Shown one piece after another: positions 15,401-29,220 of a stretch of DNA of 64,000 nt (position 1 is the stretch's first letter; each line of letters begins with the position of its first letter). Location: positions 146,940,001 to 147,004,000 of the forward strand of contig OZ024741.1 of assembly GCA_964016885.1 (NCBI GenBank), read 5' to 3'. The notes under the pieces are model-generated. The model ran no database searches, was not told the DNA's origin, and was given only the letters and a program-made list of their open reading frames with translations. The position numbers and the translations under genes are program-made. This DNA is from Eledone cirrhosa. Taxonomy: Eukaryota.

Positions 15401-16429
15401 GTTTCCATCATCCCAATTTCACTAACAAGGTTTGGATTGACTTGAGGCTGTGATAAATGACACTTGCCCAAGATTCCAAACAATGGAATTAAACCCAGAA
15501 CCTTATGATTACGAAAAAAACTTCTTAACCATTCTGCCATGTTGTTTCCACATATATACAAGCATATATTGCTGTATAGATATAGCTACAACTGAAATGC
15601 TTGTAGTTGGGGTCAAATTTTTATTTTTGTTTTAAATGTTAAACACAAAATATGGTTATAATCTATTTTCCAGATGACAACATCCTAATATTTTCCTTTT
15701 GTTTTTAAACTAAGAATTAAAATTCCTCTACAAAAATCTAAACTATAGCTTTTAAAACTACCAAATTATGATAAGAAGTGTTTATTTAGCCACATAATTA
15801 AAGCTGTTATCTTTCCAAAATAGGAATATTTATGCCTGAAAATCAAACAGAAGCCAAGTTCGACTGTTGTTTCTATTTAAAAAAATATAAATACAATTTT
15901 TATTTGCATATTCAATTTACATTCAATATTAAAATGTCGATAGTTATGTTGAGAATATTTTATTTTATGCAAGGGATATAATTTATTTTCAAAATGCAAA
16001 TATAAATTCACTTTCAAGCAGGTTTTTAAAATGACATAGAAATGAGGAAAAATTTGAAGAAAATTCCTTCAGGATTTTTAAATAATTGGTTATCTGAATT
16101 AAGTATAGAAGAACATAATTCATATAAATATGGTATTCTTATACAGGTTTATGCAGTCATCAAACTACAACCTTCCTGGAGCATCAATCTTAAAAGGATT
16201 TCAATCTATCATACAGACACCAGTACTTATTTAATCAATCACTGTTTTTATGAACTGCTAAGTTATGGGACATGGACATTGACACACACACACATATTTG
16301 TATACAATATATGCAGTTTCTGACTACCAAATTAAACTCAAAATGTAGTGGTCAACAAGACTATAGTAGAATAAATATACTTGCTTGTCAGTTCACCAGT
16401 TCCCAGATACTCCTACAAAAGTCAATGGG

Positions 16430-18600
16430 AAGAATCTCAAGTATGTGAAATCATTCACATATCTTTGCAATAAGGTGAACTCGAATGCATCTCCCAAGAT
16501 GAAGAGAATACTTTGCTGATCTCCTAATCTTAATTACAATGACATCTTATGTACATGAGGTGCAATTGGGAGCGGTGACTAATCTCTCAGAGGCTGAGTC
16601 ACAGGAGCACTTAAAGAGATCAAATATAGCAAAGCTGCTGGAGAGGTTGAAATTTAGCCTGAGATGTTAAAAGCCTTAAATAGAGAATGTATTCTCTGGC
16701 TGACTAGTGTATGCAGGGTAGCCTATATTTTTGGAAATACAACTAAACAATGGCAATCAAGAGTGATAATCCCAATTTTCAAAAAAGAGACAAGAGGGAT
16801 TGTTTCAATTATAAGAGGGATCTCCTTGTTAACCCTGTCACAGGAATAGCCTGGATGTAATCTCTACCAGATTCCTGTTAAAGCTGTAATGAATAACACA
16901 CAGAAAAATATGATAAAATACTAAAAATAGACAACATGATAGCATTGTGGTTACATGTGTTTATAATTCATTCTTAATGGAGTCCCCTTCAGCTGTTGTT
17001 TACTTTTGTTTTTAATTAAAAAAAAATGGATTTTTTTTTTTTGGTGATGAAACAGGTGTGTGAGGAATCCAGCACTTCATCTGGTAAACAAGCTTTGAGT
17101 AAATTATGAAGGATATATACTCTATGGACGAAGGTGTGCAAGAATTTCAACAAGTTTACCTTTACGCAGAGAGCAAGAGTGATTCAGACAATGAAATTGG
17201 TGAAAATGGTGAGGAAAGTCGGGATTTAGATGAACGAATTTGATGTGACCCTTGCACAACTGATGCTGACAAGGGTGGTGGTGATTATGTAAATTTAGAT
17301 GAAGGGGCCCACGTCTGATAGGGTTAAGTCCCCCCCCCCCCCCCCAGTAAAGTTTATTCTAAGTGTCTCACAAAGAGATGTAGGGATATTGTTTAGTCCA
17401 AGCTAGCTGACGAACAGTGTGGTTTTCACCACAGAAGCAGCAGAGCCAACCAAATATTCACACTATGGCAGGTCTTCAAGAAATCATGGGAGTATTGTCA
17501 AGAAGTGAATTCTTGATTTGTAGACCTCAAAATGGCATATGACCATGTTCCACAGGACCTGTGGTGAAAGGTTCTGCAGGAGTATGAGATCGATGGACAG
17601 CCTCTTGTTACCTTGATGTCTATACAAATGCTTCAGTATTTGTGTTTGGATAAATGGTAAAAACCATTCAAAATGAGTGTTAGACACCACCAAAAGTCCA
17701 TATTCTCACCTCTTCTGTTCATAAACCTCGTGGACAGGATTGACAGGCACAGCTGGGTTGGAAGTGGTATCATGTCTATTAGGTGTAGGATCAGTTGGTT
17801 AAAATTGGTGGACGACATGTTACTACTTAACTCACTAGAAGATGATCTCCGATAGACACTTGATAAGTTTGGTGCTGAGTGTTTCATGGCTAGAATGAAA
17901 ATCAGTGCTGTGAAGACAGAAACACTTGTCCTCACAAGGAAGCCTGTGCAGTGTACTCAATGTATGATGGGAGTTTCACTCACATGAAGCAGGTGAAGAA
18001 GTTCAAGTATCTTAGGGTCATGTTCAGGAGTGATGGAAGGCAGGCGGCTGAATTAAGTGCAAGAATTTCAGAAGCTGGTGCATTACTGCTCCAGCTTCAA
18101 TCTTTGTAATCAGAAGAATGGAGGTAGATATAAAAACCAAACTCACTATCTTGAATTTGGTATTCATGCTAATCCTTGGGTAATGACCAAAAGAATACAA
18201 TCGCAAATAGAAGCAGCCGAAATGAGGTTCCTCTGAAATGTCTCCATAGTAATGTTACTTGATAGTGTGTGAAGCTTGCAGATCAGGGAGTTACTTCAGG
18301 TAGAGCCACCACTTCTCTGAATTGAGAGATCACATCTCTGGTATTATGGACATGCGATTAGAATGACTCAGGGAAAAAATCACTGGAGAGATTTTATGGG
18401 TAAAACCTACTGGCAGGAGATCCAAGTGTAGCCCCCAAGCAAGATGTTTGGATGACATCCATGCGTTGGGCTGGTCACACTTGGGGATCTAACTGGATCA
18501 ATTGGAGACAGTTACTTCTTACAGGACCCGCTGGAAGGGGTGCTTGAGGAATCTGCCTGTAGGACCCTTTCAGCAACAAGTAGGAGAAGGAGAAGTTAAA
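16430..18600 (+). mobile_element. Old RTE LINE, family C, interrupted by a piggyBac element
   Basis: IIPIFKK, RGISLL|S..KVYSKCL, DEQCGF, VDLKMAYDHVP, SPLLFINLVD, VDDMLLL, FKYLRV, WYYGHA. A related fragment lies at about 12410-12600. Confidence 0.85.
16833..17323 (+). mobile_element. Non-autonomous piggyBac element with TTAA target-site duplication
   Basis: TTAA|CCCTGTCA...TGATAGGG|TTAA. Removing it restores the RTE reading RGISLLS. An internal acidic stretch resembles a piggyBac transposase N-terminus. Confidence 0.85.
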
Positions 18601-19455
18601 GAAGAAGATATCAGTAAAGCGATACAACCTGACTTTAACATACATTTTGTCTTTCTATAAAATAGCTTTCTTCTTCTTTCTATAGAATAGCTATTGAGAT
18701 CAATATAGGCTTGGCATATCTATAAACCAACTAATGACATCAATATATACTTCGTCTATCTACAGAATAGCTATTGACTTCAGTATAGGCTTGGTATATC
18801 CATAAACCTTGGAAGTTTGAAAGGCAAAGTTTACTCCCATGCTGCTTGAACTCAGAACATAAAATACCTGTAATATGCTCAGGTTGATTTTATTGTTTAT
18901 ATCCTCTCTCCTGTAAAATAGGCTTCATGCTTTGCCACAACAAATAGGCATTAATATATTCAAAATGAAAAAGTAAAATGCTTTTCAATATGTATTCAGT
19001 TTCTGTTTAATTTTAGAATATATCTACTTACAAATTTCCACCTCAATAGGATTGAACAAATAAGGTTAATGAAATTGCACCAGCCAAAGATTCCTAATGA
19101 GGTAATTATTGGTTGTTTTCGATATGAACCCACAAATAATACTGAAGACTTTAAATTACAAATGTTGCAACATCTGCAGCTTATCTGTGAATCTTTAATA
19201 TTACTATATTGATTCAATATATCAATAAGTGGATATTATATGAATAGAGTGAAAGCCTTCTCAAAGAGCTTGCTGAAAGCGTACAGCATAAATTATCTAT
19301 CAATATATGTGTGAATGTGTGTGGAGGGTGTATAAATATGTATACATATATATATATATATATATATCATTTTACGTCCGCTTCTCCCTGCTTGCAAGGG
19401 TGGGACGGGAACTGATTCTGGCTTGATTTCTACAGCTGGATGATATAATATATAT

Positions 19456-19592
19456 ATATTTATTAAAATAACAGATTAAAGTTTAAGCAAAGAATCGCAG
19501 CTTTCACCCTTAACGGGATTTTCAGAAGATCCCATTAAGGGTGAAAGCAGCGATTCTTTGCTTAAACTTTAATCTGTTATTTTAATAAATAT
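19456..19592. repeat. Near-perfect palindrome (64-bp arms, 9-nt loop) with a degenerate hammerhead-like motif at its centre
   Basis: Arms 19456-19519 and 19529-19592 with 2 mismatches. Centre reads CAGAAGA (plus) or CTGAAAA (minus), then TCCC-RTTAA-GGGT-GAAA. An unpaired tail runs to about 19680, then (TA)n. Confidence 0.85.
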
Positions 19593-19989
19593 TTGCTCTA
19601 CAGTTCTTATATATTTGATATATATTTATCCTTATCGAGCCCTCTTTGGATTTTAGTCTTCAAATTTATTATTATTACTATATATATATGTATATGTATG
19701 TATATATATATATGAATATATTTACATATATATAGGTGTATATGTCATCATCATCATCATTTAATGTCTATCTTCCATGCTAGCATATGTTAGATGGGTT
19801 TGCCCCATTTGAGGCAAGTTTTGTCGGGTGACCATGTCTTGCTCGTATAGGACTGTTTTTGGCTGGTTTTCTACGGCTAGATGCCCTTCGTAACACTAAC
19901 CATATTTACAGTATGTCCTGGGTACTTTTTGCTGTATATATGTATATATGTATAAATATATATACATATATGTATTTGTATGTATGTAT

Positions 19990-21266
19990 ATCATCATCGT
20001 CATCATTTTTACATCCGTTTTTCCATGCTCACATGGGTTGGACGGGTTCTTTTCAGCACAGCATTTCTCCACACATCGCATTCCTTCATCATCTCCTCTG
20101 CGAGTCTCAGTGATTTGAGATCAGCTTTCACCTCTGTCCAGGTTTGCTTGGTCTACCTCTACTGTAGTTTCCTTATACTGGAATTTCCTAGCTCTTCTTC
20201 ACTCAGTGATCATCAACCATGATCATCACATGCCCACGTCTGTGTAGTTTTCTCACTTGCACACCACTTTAGATTCCTCTTAAACCCAGTTTATCCCTCA
20301 GTTCATCCAAGCTCTGCCATTCCCTCACATTTACATTGCCCATCCAATGAAGCATAGCCACTTCATTTTTCTCCAGCCTATACATGTCCTTTACAGTCAC
20401 TCCCCCATGTTTCTCTACCATGCAGCATCAGACTTCACACACAGTCATTATACAGCCATCATTTTGTAGAGAAGTCTTTTGTTACCAACAGTGGAAGTAC
20501 TGTAGCTCTCTTAACTTCTTCCTTTTTATCCTTATTATAGCTCTCAGAGCACCCTCCTCCGCTACTAATTAGGTCACCTAGATAGCAGAACCTATTAACC
20601 ACTTCTATGGATCCTTCATGTGGTTGGAAAAGGTTTATATCACTGACACTCTTCCTGTTGATTACCCATGTGCATCTTCTATATACAAAGTCTTCCCTTC
20701 CTCTCAATCTGCCTGCAATCTCACTACATCTCTTGTGTACACAAGATTTACATTGTGTTCATCTTATAGAGTTTAGAATTTATGCCTAATCTTTTACTAC
20801 ATATTGAGCAGGGCCACATCCCTAAAAGAATCACGTTCCTATTTTCTTTCCTACTTGCATTTTGTTTTGGCTAAGTTTACTCTCAAGGATTTTGATTCCA
20901 AATTCTGTTTTCCAAATCAGAACTTATTCTTTAGTTTTTTATGGATTCAGCTATAAGGACAAGATCATCTGCATGTCTTAAACTCCTCTGATATAGCCTG
21001 GAAAACTATAATGAACAGCAGGGATCTAAGAATTGAGCCCCAATGAACTCCTACCAGCACCTTCAATTCCTCACTAAACTCACTTTCTACTTTCACTTTT
21101 ACTGACAGCTCCTCTGTACAGGGCTTGCATTGCTCTCACAAGCCATTCTTCTACACATAATTTCCTTAAGGACCACCAGATAACAGAATGAGGTACTCCA
21201 TCAAAGGCCTTTTCTAAATCAGCAAAAGCTAAATACAGTGGTTTATTCTTGGCTAGGAACTTTTCT

Positions 21267-21270
<4 letters not shown>
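19990..21270 (-). mobile_element. Old RTE LINE fragment
   Basis: LAFADLEKAFDGVP, GVHWGSILRSLLFIIV, ADDL, FCYLGDLISSGGG. (CAT)n tail; 5' end in (TA)n. Confidence 0.85.
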
Positions 21271-21319
<49 letters not shown>

Positions 21320-21659
21320 AGATATAAGCATGTATGTATTTATAGATAGATAGATTTAATTAGAAGTAGCACTTACATAGCGTGGTTCATAATAAGAGTG
21401 TATATGAAAGCATGCTTCCCAAAATTTGCCAAAAATTTCCTGATGTTCTGCCTCCGTGCACACGCATGCATATATCTGTGTGTATGCCGTGACTCATGCA
21501 CTCTTCACTTTCCTGACATTTGCACATTGATCTATGTACATTTGCACATTGATCATGCACCTTTGATGAGTTGTAGTGCACCTGAACACTGTTGACAATG
21601 GTTTCGTTATTATTATATACAATAGGTTTATGTATAATAAACATCTACATATCCATTAC

Positions 21660-22085
21660 CAGTGACATAATGAAATTCCTACTCCAGCTCCCTCTGTCCA
21701 GCATTATCATCTGAAGTTCCCTTGCCTCCAGCCTTATGTAACCTTCAAGAACATCATTCAGTGTAATGCTTGGTTTCTCAACTTGTCTGCATAAATCTGG
21801 TTTCCAGCTGGTTCATTGTGTCACTTCACATGTCCAGCTAATGCAAGTGTCCACATCATGTTCTGTGTTCATGGAATTGCCAAGGTATAAGAAGTCATCT
21901 ACTTCTTCAATCTCTGAACCATCTAGCACATGTATTTGGTCATTTAATATTGCATTGAGATGCATGAATTCTGTTTTGTCAGTATTCAAGAAAAGACCAG
22001 TAGACTGCACTATAGCCTCCACTCTGAATAACACCTCCTTAGCTTCTTTGATGGTGTTTTCCAGGAGAATAATGTCATCTACCTA
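21660..22085 (-). mobile_element. RTE/RTE-X-like RT C-terminal fragment
   Basis: DDIILLENTIKEAKEVLFRVE...GLFLNTDKTE...VDDFLYLG. Confidence 0.7.
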
Positions 22086-22265
22086 AGCTTTATGTGTAAT
22101 AAATATATGAGAGTCCCACTGTTTTGTTTTCTTTTTAAGCTGTGATCTAATGATGAGAATGCCAGACAGCTGTTTCTGAAGTTTTATCCATACTCAGTGA
22201 CATTTACTCACTCGGTATAGAGACAAGAATAGGCTAAAGCCTATACATGATTATATATGTATATA

Positions 22266-23376
22266 TCATCATCATCATCATCATCAACGTTTAACGTCCG
22301 TGTTCCATGCTTGCATGGGTTTGGACGGGGGGTTTTCCCACTTGAGGCAAGAGTGATTGTCTTGCTCGCATAGGACTTTCTGGCAGGTTTTCTACAGTTA
22401 GATACCCTTCCTAACACCAACCACATTTACAGTGTCGGGCTGGGAGGTTTTTACCGTGTTGCCTACACGGCCACATTACAGCGTGGACTGTGTGTTTTTT
22501 TGTCGTGACACCTACACGATCTCATTTGTTTCGGCCTGGATGGTGTGGCACCAACATAACTTTACATAGAAGGGGGCGGTGTGGATGGGGTGGGGGTTGT
22601 TGGGACGGGGTGTATTTTGTTAGAGATGCCTACTGGCTGTAGTAGATTTTACTATGTATTTAGGTAAGGCGGGTCTTCTCTATTACTGAGTACCGCCAAA
22701 GGTCTCGGTCCAGTGACATTGTCTTGGAGAGGTGTAAGTGTGTGAGGTCGGAGTTTATCAGTTCGTCCCAGGTTTTTCTGGGTCTGCCTATTCCGTAGCT
22801 ACCGTCTATCTTTATTGCCCTGCACTTTGTTATACAGCTATCGGCTTTCATGCGCATCATGTGTCCATACCAATGTAGCCTTCTCTCGAGTAAACAACAT
22901 CTGATCCCTCTTATTTCTAATTTTTTCCTTAGTTCGTTTATGCTTTGCCGTTCACGTATATTACTGTTACACATCCAGCGGGGCATGCAAGCTTCGTTCC
23001 TCTCTAGTCTGCGTATATCCTCTGCACACAATGCCCAGGTCTCACTGCCATGCAACATTGCTGTTCATATGCAGGCATCGTACAACCTGCCTTTCATTTT
23101 TAGGGAGAACCTTTTAGCGGCTAATAGCGGTATAAGCTCTCTGAACTTTTTACATCCAGTTCTGACTCTAGCTACTGTACTTTCAGAGCACCCTCCCCCA
23201 CTGCTGATTTTGTCACCCAGGTAACGGGAGCTGTCCACTATTTCTATAGAGCCCTCTGCGCAGTTGAAAGAGCTAGTATTTTTGTGGGCACTTGCTGCTA
23301 CTTATTGCACCAGTACACCGGCCACATGTGAAATCTATGTTCTTAGTTAGCTTACCTGTGATCACACTACATCTTA
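22266..23376 (-). mobile_element. 5'-truncated RTE LINE, family D, copy 1
   Basis: ORF 22660..23058, 3' UTR and (CAT)n tail; very similar to 24069-25351. Confidence 0.95.
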
Positions 23377-23504
23377 ATATATATATATATATATATACAA
23401 TATATATATATATACAATATATATATATATACATATATATATATACAATATATATATATATATATATACAATATATATATATATACAATATATATATATA
23501 TACA

Positions 23505-23539
<35 letters not shown>

Positions 23540-23541
23540 CA

Positions 23542-23621
<80 letters not shown>

Positions 23622-23810
23622 CAATATATATATATATATACAATATATATATATATATATACAATATATATATATATATACAATATATATATATATATAC
23701 AATATATATATATATATATACAATATATATATATATATATATACTATATATATATATATATATATATACAATATATATATATATATATATACAATATATA
23801 TATATATATA

Positions 23811-23884
<74 letters not shown>

Positions 23885-24068
23885 ATATATATATATATAC
23901 AATATATACAATATATATGTATATATACTATATATATATATATATATACAATATATATATGTATATATACAATATATATATATATATATATATACAATAT
24001 ATATATATATATATACAATATATATATATATATATATACAATATATATATATACAATATATATATATA
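23377..24068. repeat. ~690-bp (TA)n array punctuated by CA/CAA
   Basis: Repeated (TA)nCAA units; source of the IY/YI pseudo-ORFs. Confidence 0.98.
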
Positions 24069-25351
24069 TCATCATCATCATCATCATCATCGTTTAACGT
24101 CCGTGTTTCACGCTTGCATGGGTTTGGACGGAGGGTTTTCCCACTTGAGGCAAGAGTGGTTATCTTGCTCGCATAGGACTATCTGGCGGGTTTTCTACAG
24201 CTGGATGCCCTTCCTAACACCAACCACATTTACAGTGTTGGGCTGCGAGGTTTTTACCGTGTTGCCTACACGGCCACATTACAGCGTGAACTGTGTGTTT
24301 TTTGACGTGACACCTACACGATCTCATTTGTTTCGGCCTGGATGTTGTGGCACCAACATAACTTTACATTGTAAGGCCGGTGTGGATGGGGGGTGGGTGT
24401 ATTTTGTTAGAGATGCCTACTGACTGTAGTAGGTTTAACTTTGTATTTAGGTAAGGCGGGTCTTCTCTATTACTGAGTACCGCCAAATGTCTCGGTCCAG
24501 TGACATTGTCTTGGTGAGGTGTAAGTGTGTGAGGTCGGAGTTTATCAGCTCGTCCCAGGTTTTTCTGGGTCTGCCTATTCCGTGGCTACCGTCTATCTTT
24601 ATTGCCCTGCACTTTGTTATACAGCTATCGTCCTTCATGCGCATCACGTGACCATACCAACGTAGCCTTCTCTCGAGTAAACAACATCTGATCCCTCTTA
24701 TTTCTAATTTTTTCCTTAGTTCGTTTATGCTTTGCCGTTCACGTATATTACTATTACACATCCAGCGGAGCATGCAAGCTTCGTTTCTCTCTAGTCTGCG
24801 TATATCCTCTGCACACAATGCCCAGGTCTCACTGCCATGCAACATTGCTGTTCGTATGCAGGCATCGTACAACCTGCCTTTCATTTTTAGGGAGAACCTT
24901 TTAGTGGCTAATAGCGGTATAAGCTCTCTGAACTTTTTACATCCAGTTCTGACTCTAGCTACTGTACTTTCAGAGCACCCTCCCCCACTGCTGATTTTGT
25001 TACCCAGGTAACGGAAGCTGTCCACTATTTCTATAGAACCCTCTGCGCAGTTGAAAGAGCTAGTATTTTGGGGGCACTTGCTGCTACTTATTGCCCGAGA
25101 ACACCGGCCACATGTAAAATCTATGTTCTTAGTTAGCTTACCTGTGATCCCACTACATCTTTTATGCACCCATACTTTGCATTTGGGACACAAAATGGAG
25201 TTTCTACCTACGCCTTTCCTACACACTGAGCATGGCCACTTCCCGGAGGGGACCGCCGCCTTATTTTCTTTCTTACAAACTAGAACTTTAGTCTTAGCCA
25301 GGTTAATGTTAAGGCCTTTTGATTCTAGGCCGTGCTTCCATGTTTGGAATT
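24069..25351 (-). mobile_element. 5'-truncated RTE LINE, family D, copy 2
   Basis: ORF 24447..25226 with a C4HC3 finger, YLG, HGSETW, RLRWYGHV. Confidence 0.95.
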
Positions 25352-25367
25352 TATATATATATATGTA

Positions 25368-28300
25368 TCATCATCATCATCATCATCATCACCGTTTTAC
25401 GTCCATTCTTCCACGCTAGCATGGGTTAGACAGGTTGTCCTGTTGTGGGCAGTGTCTGCTCGGCTGACCATGCCTTGCTCATACAGGAACTGATTTGGCT
25501 TGATTTCTACAGCTGGATGCCCTTCCTAACACCAACCTCATTTACAGTGAGTGCTGGGTGCTTTTTTGTGGCGCCTACACGTCCAATTTACAGTGTGGGC
25601 TGGGTGCTTTTTTGCCGTGGCACCTCCACGACCACCTTGCGGTGGGGGGTGTGGGAGCATATTGTCTATATGCTTCAGCTTGTACCCATGGGAGGTTGGG
25701 TACTCTGTATTACTGCGTGACGCCAGAGGTCATGGTCATGTGTCATCGCCTTTGAGAGGTGTAATTGGGTAAGGTCGGCTTTTATCACCTCATCCCAGGT
25801 CTTCTTGGGTCTCCCCACTCCGCGGTCTGCATTGACTTCTAGTGCTCTGCACATTTTTATGTAGTTGTCATCCTTCATACGCATCACATGTCCATACCAA
25901 TGCAACCACCTCTCCTGCACACAGCATTTGATTCCTCTTATGTTCAGTCTCTCTCTCATTTCATTTATGCTTTGTCGTTTCTCTCTAATCTACGTAAGTC
26001 TTCACCTTCAGCGCCCAGGTCTCACTACCATGTAACATTGCTGTTCGAATACACGCATCATATAGTCTGCCTTTCATTTTGAATGAGAAGCCTTTTGCTG
26101 CTAGCAGTGGCAGTAGTTCCCTGAACTTCTTCCATCCAGTTCTTACCCTAGATATTGTACTTTCTGAACACCCACCTCCGCTGCTAATTCGGTCACCTAG
26201 GTAGCAGAAGCTGTCTACTGTCTCTACAGAGCCCTCCCAGAGATTGGTGGTACTTGTTTCCTGTGGCTGTTTGCTGCTTGCTGTCCCAGCACAGCTGCTG
26301 CATGTGAAGCCTACATTCTTAATTAAGCTTCCTGAGATCGCACTACATCTCTTGTGTACCCATTGTTTGCATTTGGGGCAAAGAATTGAGTTCCTACCTA
26401 CACCTTTCCTACATACTGAGCAAGGCCATTTCCCTGAGGGGATCTGGGTTCTGTTTTCTCATCTACTTACAAGGACCTTAGTCTCTGTCATGTTGACTTT
26501 GTGACCCATTCTTTCTAGTCCCTGCTTCCAAGTTTGGAATTTCTTCTCTAGTTTTACCATAGATTCAGCTATAAGTGCGAGGTCATCAGCACACAGGAGT
26601 TCCCATGGGCATCCAGTCTTAAACTCCTCCGTTATTGCCTGCAGGACTATGATGAACAGGAGAGGGCTAAGAACAGAGCCCTGGTGGACCCCAACCTGTA
26701 CGCTAAATTCCTCGCTATACTCATTGCTAATCCTAACTTTGCTGACTGCTCCCCTATACATGGCTTGTACAGCTTTCACAAGCCAATCATCTACTCCTAG
26801 TTTTCTAAGAGCCCACCAGATTACAGCACGTGGAACTCTGTCAAAGGCTTTCTCGAGATCGACGAATGCCAGGTAGAGTGGCTTACTTTTAGCTAGGTAC
26901 TTTTCCTGTAACTGCCTCACAAGGAAGAGGGCATCAGTGGTGCCTCTTCCTGGTACAAACCCAAATTGCATCTCATCTAGTTTCACCCGGTCCCTAATCA
27001 ACTGTGCTATTACTCTTTCTGTTACTTTCATGACCTGGTCCATCAGCTTTATACCTCTATAGTTTCCTCTATCGAGTGCATCACCTTTACCTTTGTAGCA
27101 GTTGACAATGATGCTACTGAACCAATCTTTTTGTATGACACCTTCAAGTATTACTTGGTTAACAATACGTGTGGTTATAGTGAGACCTACAGACCCAGAT
27201 GCCTTCCGCATCTTCATATCTTTGATTGCCTGACAGCTGCTGCTGACTTGTACTGCTGGCTCCTCAATAGGGTTTACTTGACGTAGGGTCTCTTCTTCCC
27301 ATGCATTCTCCTCATTTAGTAATCTATCATAATGACTCTTCCATGCATCTTTCTTCTCAGCACTTGTGAGGGCAAGCTCACCTTTATCATTCCGGATACA
27401 CTTCTCTCCAATGACATCACAAATCTCTCTGACACACTGTCTCGCAATCTTGAACACCTCCTCTTTCAGGTCGTCACGTTGCAAAACATGCTTGAATTTT
27501 CTATCCTCTACTTCCCTCCTAGCTAAGTATACTTGTTGCCTAGCTTCCCTCTTGGTCTGTATGTAATGTACCCTGCTCCCCCCGTTATTCCATTCTTTCC
27601 ATGCCTGTCTCTTGGCCTTAACTGCCTCATCTACCTTATTGTTCCACCACCAAGTCACTCTCCTCCTGCTTGTGGTTTTACTCCAGCCACTGACCTCATC
27701 TCTCGCCTCTAGTAAGTTATTTTTTAGGAACTTCCACTGCTCTTCTACATTGAATGTCTGTATCTGTTCTTCTTTACTGTCATAGGCGTTGAGTAAAATA
27801 TCTTTAAATCTGTTACTGGCTGAGGGGTCTTTCAGCTTCCAGATCTTTCTTCTCCAGGTTGGCCTCTGTTTCCAGGTTTGTCTAGTTCTGAATGTGAGGT
27901 CGCTGACAACTAAGCTATGTTGGGAGGTACATACCTCACTAGGGAAGGCTTTTGTGTTTACGACTGTCCTTCTATCACGTCCTCTGATGAGGATAAAATC
28001 TATCTGACTAGAATGCTCCCCTGATCTATAGGTGATCAGGTGGTTGTCGGGTTTTTTGAAGTTTCTGTTACATATCAACATGTCATTGGCGTCGCAGAAT
28101 TCTAGAAGTCTGAATCCTTCTTCATTTCTTGTGCCAACCCCATGGCCTCCATGGACTCTATTGAAGCCGTCACAGTGTTTACATATGTGTCCGTTAAAAT
28201 CTCCTGCGATGATTAGGAAGTCATTGTCGTTTGTTAGGGCAGTAGTGTGCATTAGGGACTCGTAAAATCTATCCTTAAGTTCGTCTGGCAACCCCGATTG

Positions 28301-29220
28301 GGGTGCATAAGCTGATATTATTGTGGTAATTGTTTTATTCAGGACTAGTCTGAGTTTAATGATTCTTGCATTTACCCTGTTCACTGAGATTACCTTATCT
28401 ACCCACTTGTCAACTAGTAGTATACCTACACCACCCATCCCATCGTCATTTCCCACCCAGAAAAATTTGTAACACCGACTTTTTCCTACAAGGACTCTAG
28501 CAGACTCTCCTCTCCATCTAGTCTCTTGCACACAGCATACATCAATTTCCTTTCGCTCTAGCATCTCTACGATTTCTCCTGCTCTTCCATTCATCGTGCT
28601 TACATTGATGGTACCAACTCGGAGTTTTGGACATTTGTCGACACTCGTAGGGAAGGGTCGAATTTTGCAGGGGTGCGTGTGTGTGCTTCCTCTCTCTGGA
28701 TTGGCGCTTCACATGGGTGCTTGGTAGCTTGCGGATTCATATTCATTTCATCTATTAATTCAGAGTTGCTCCAATTTATTCTCAGCTCATCCATCCATAC
28801 CAGTAGGAAAAATTCAGGGCTAGAACAGTGGTGGTGGTAATAATGGCAGGGTGTGTTGGGCTGGGATGGGGTAGGAGAGAGTTAGGTAGTAGTAGTAGTA
28901 GTAGTAGTAGAAGAAATGGCATGCTGAAGTTTGATTGGTCGAATAGGCTATTGTGGGTGGGAGGGAAATTGTGAGGTAGAGAGAGGATAGAATACAGCAT
29001 GGCAAAGTAGCCGATAGAATACAGCAACAATAATATTAATAATAGCCAGTCATGGCCTGTAGCCTTAGATGGAAAAATAGTCAGAGACAGAGTCAGCATG
29101 GTAGGGACAAAATGAGGATAACAAAATAGATGTGTTGTGGTGGCTGAAAAACCTGGCCAGATTTGTATGGATGGATGACTGGAACGTAGCTAAATCAACT
29201 CTAGTGATTCATTTTAGCCT
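25368..29220 (-). mobile_element. Near full-length RTE LINE, family A
   Basis: Upstream region with (TAC)n, APE-RT ORF, PHD-like finger, 3' UTR matching 6290-6575, (CAT)n tail. The 5' boundary is uncertain. Confidence 0.9.
26459..28594 (-). pseudogene. RTE APE endonuclease-reverse transcriptase ORF, 711 aa, inactivated
   Basis: CCVQETRW, ISAYAPQ, GDFNGH, NYRGIKL, QFGFVPGRGTTDA, HQGSVLSPLLF. YADD reads CADD; deletion near 27210; premature TGA where the paralogue at 10151 has CGA. Confidence 0.93.

Noticed and set aside
18650-18810. Short tandem duplication (TAGAATAGCTATTGA...TATAGGCTTGG)
   Set aside because: Two diverged local copies with no further structure; ordinary slippage.
23273-24423. 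Long ORFs rich in I/Y (up to 294 aa); similar ORFs at 12045-12400, 36123-36520 and 58086-58510
   Set aside because: Translations of (TA)n, (TATG)n and (CA)n microsatellites.
26459-28594. Active or domesticated RT gene
   Set aside because: CADD in place of YADD, an internal deletion, a premature stop and close paralogues in the window indicate a dead TE copy.
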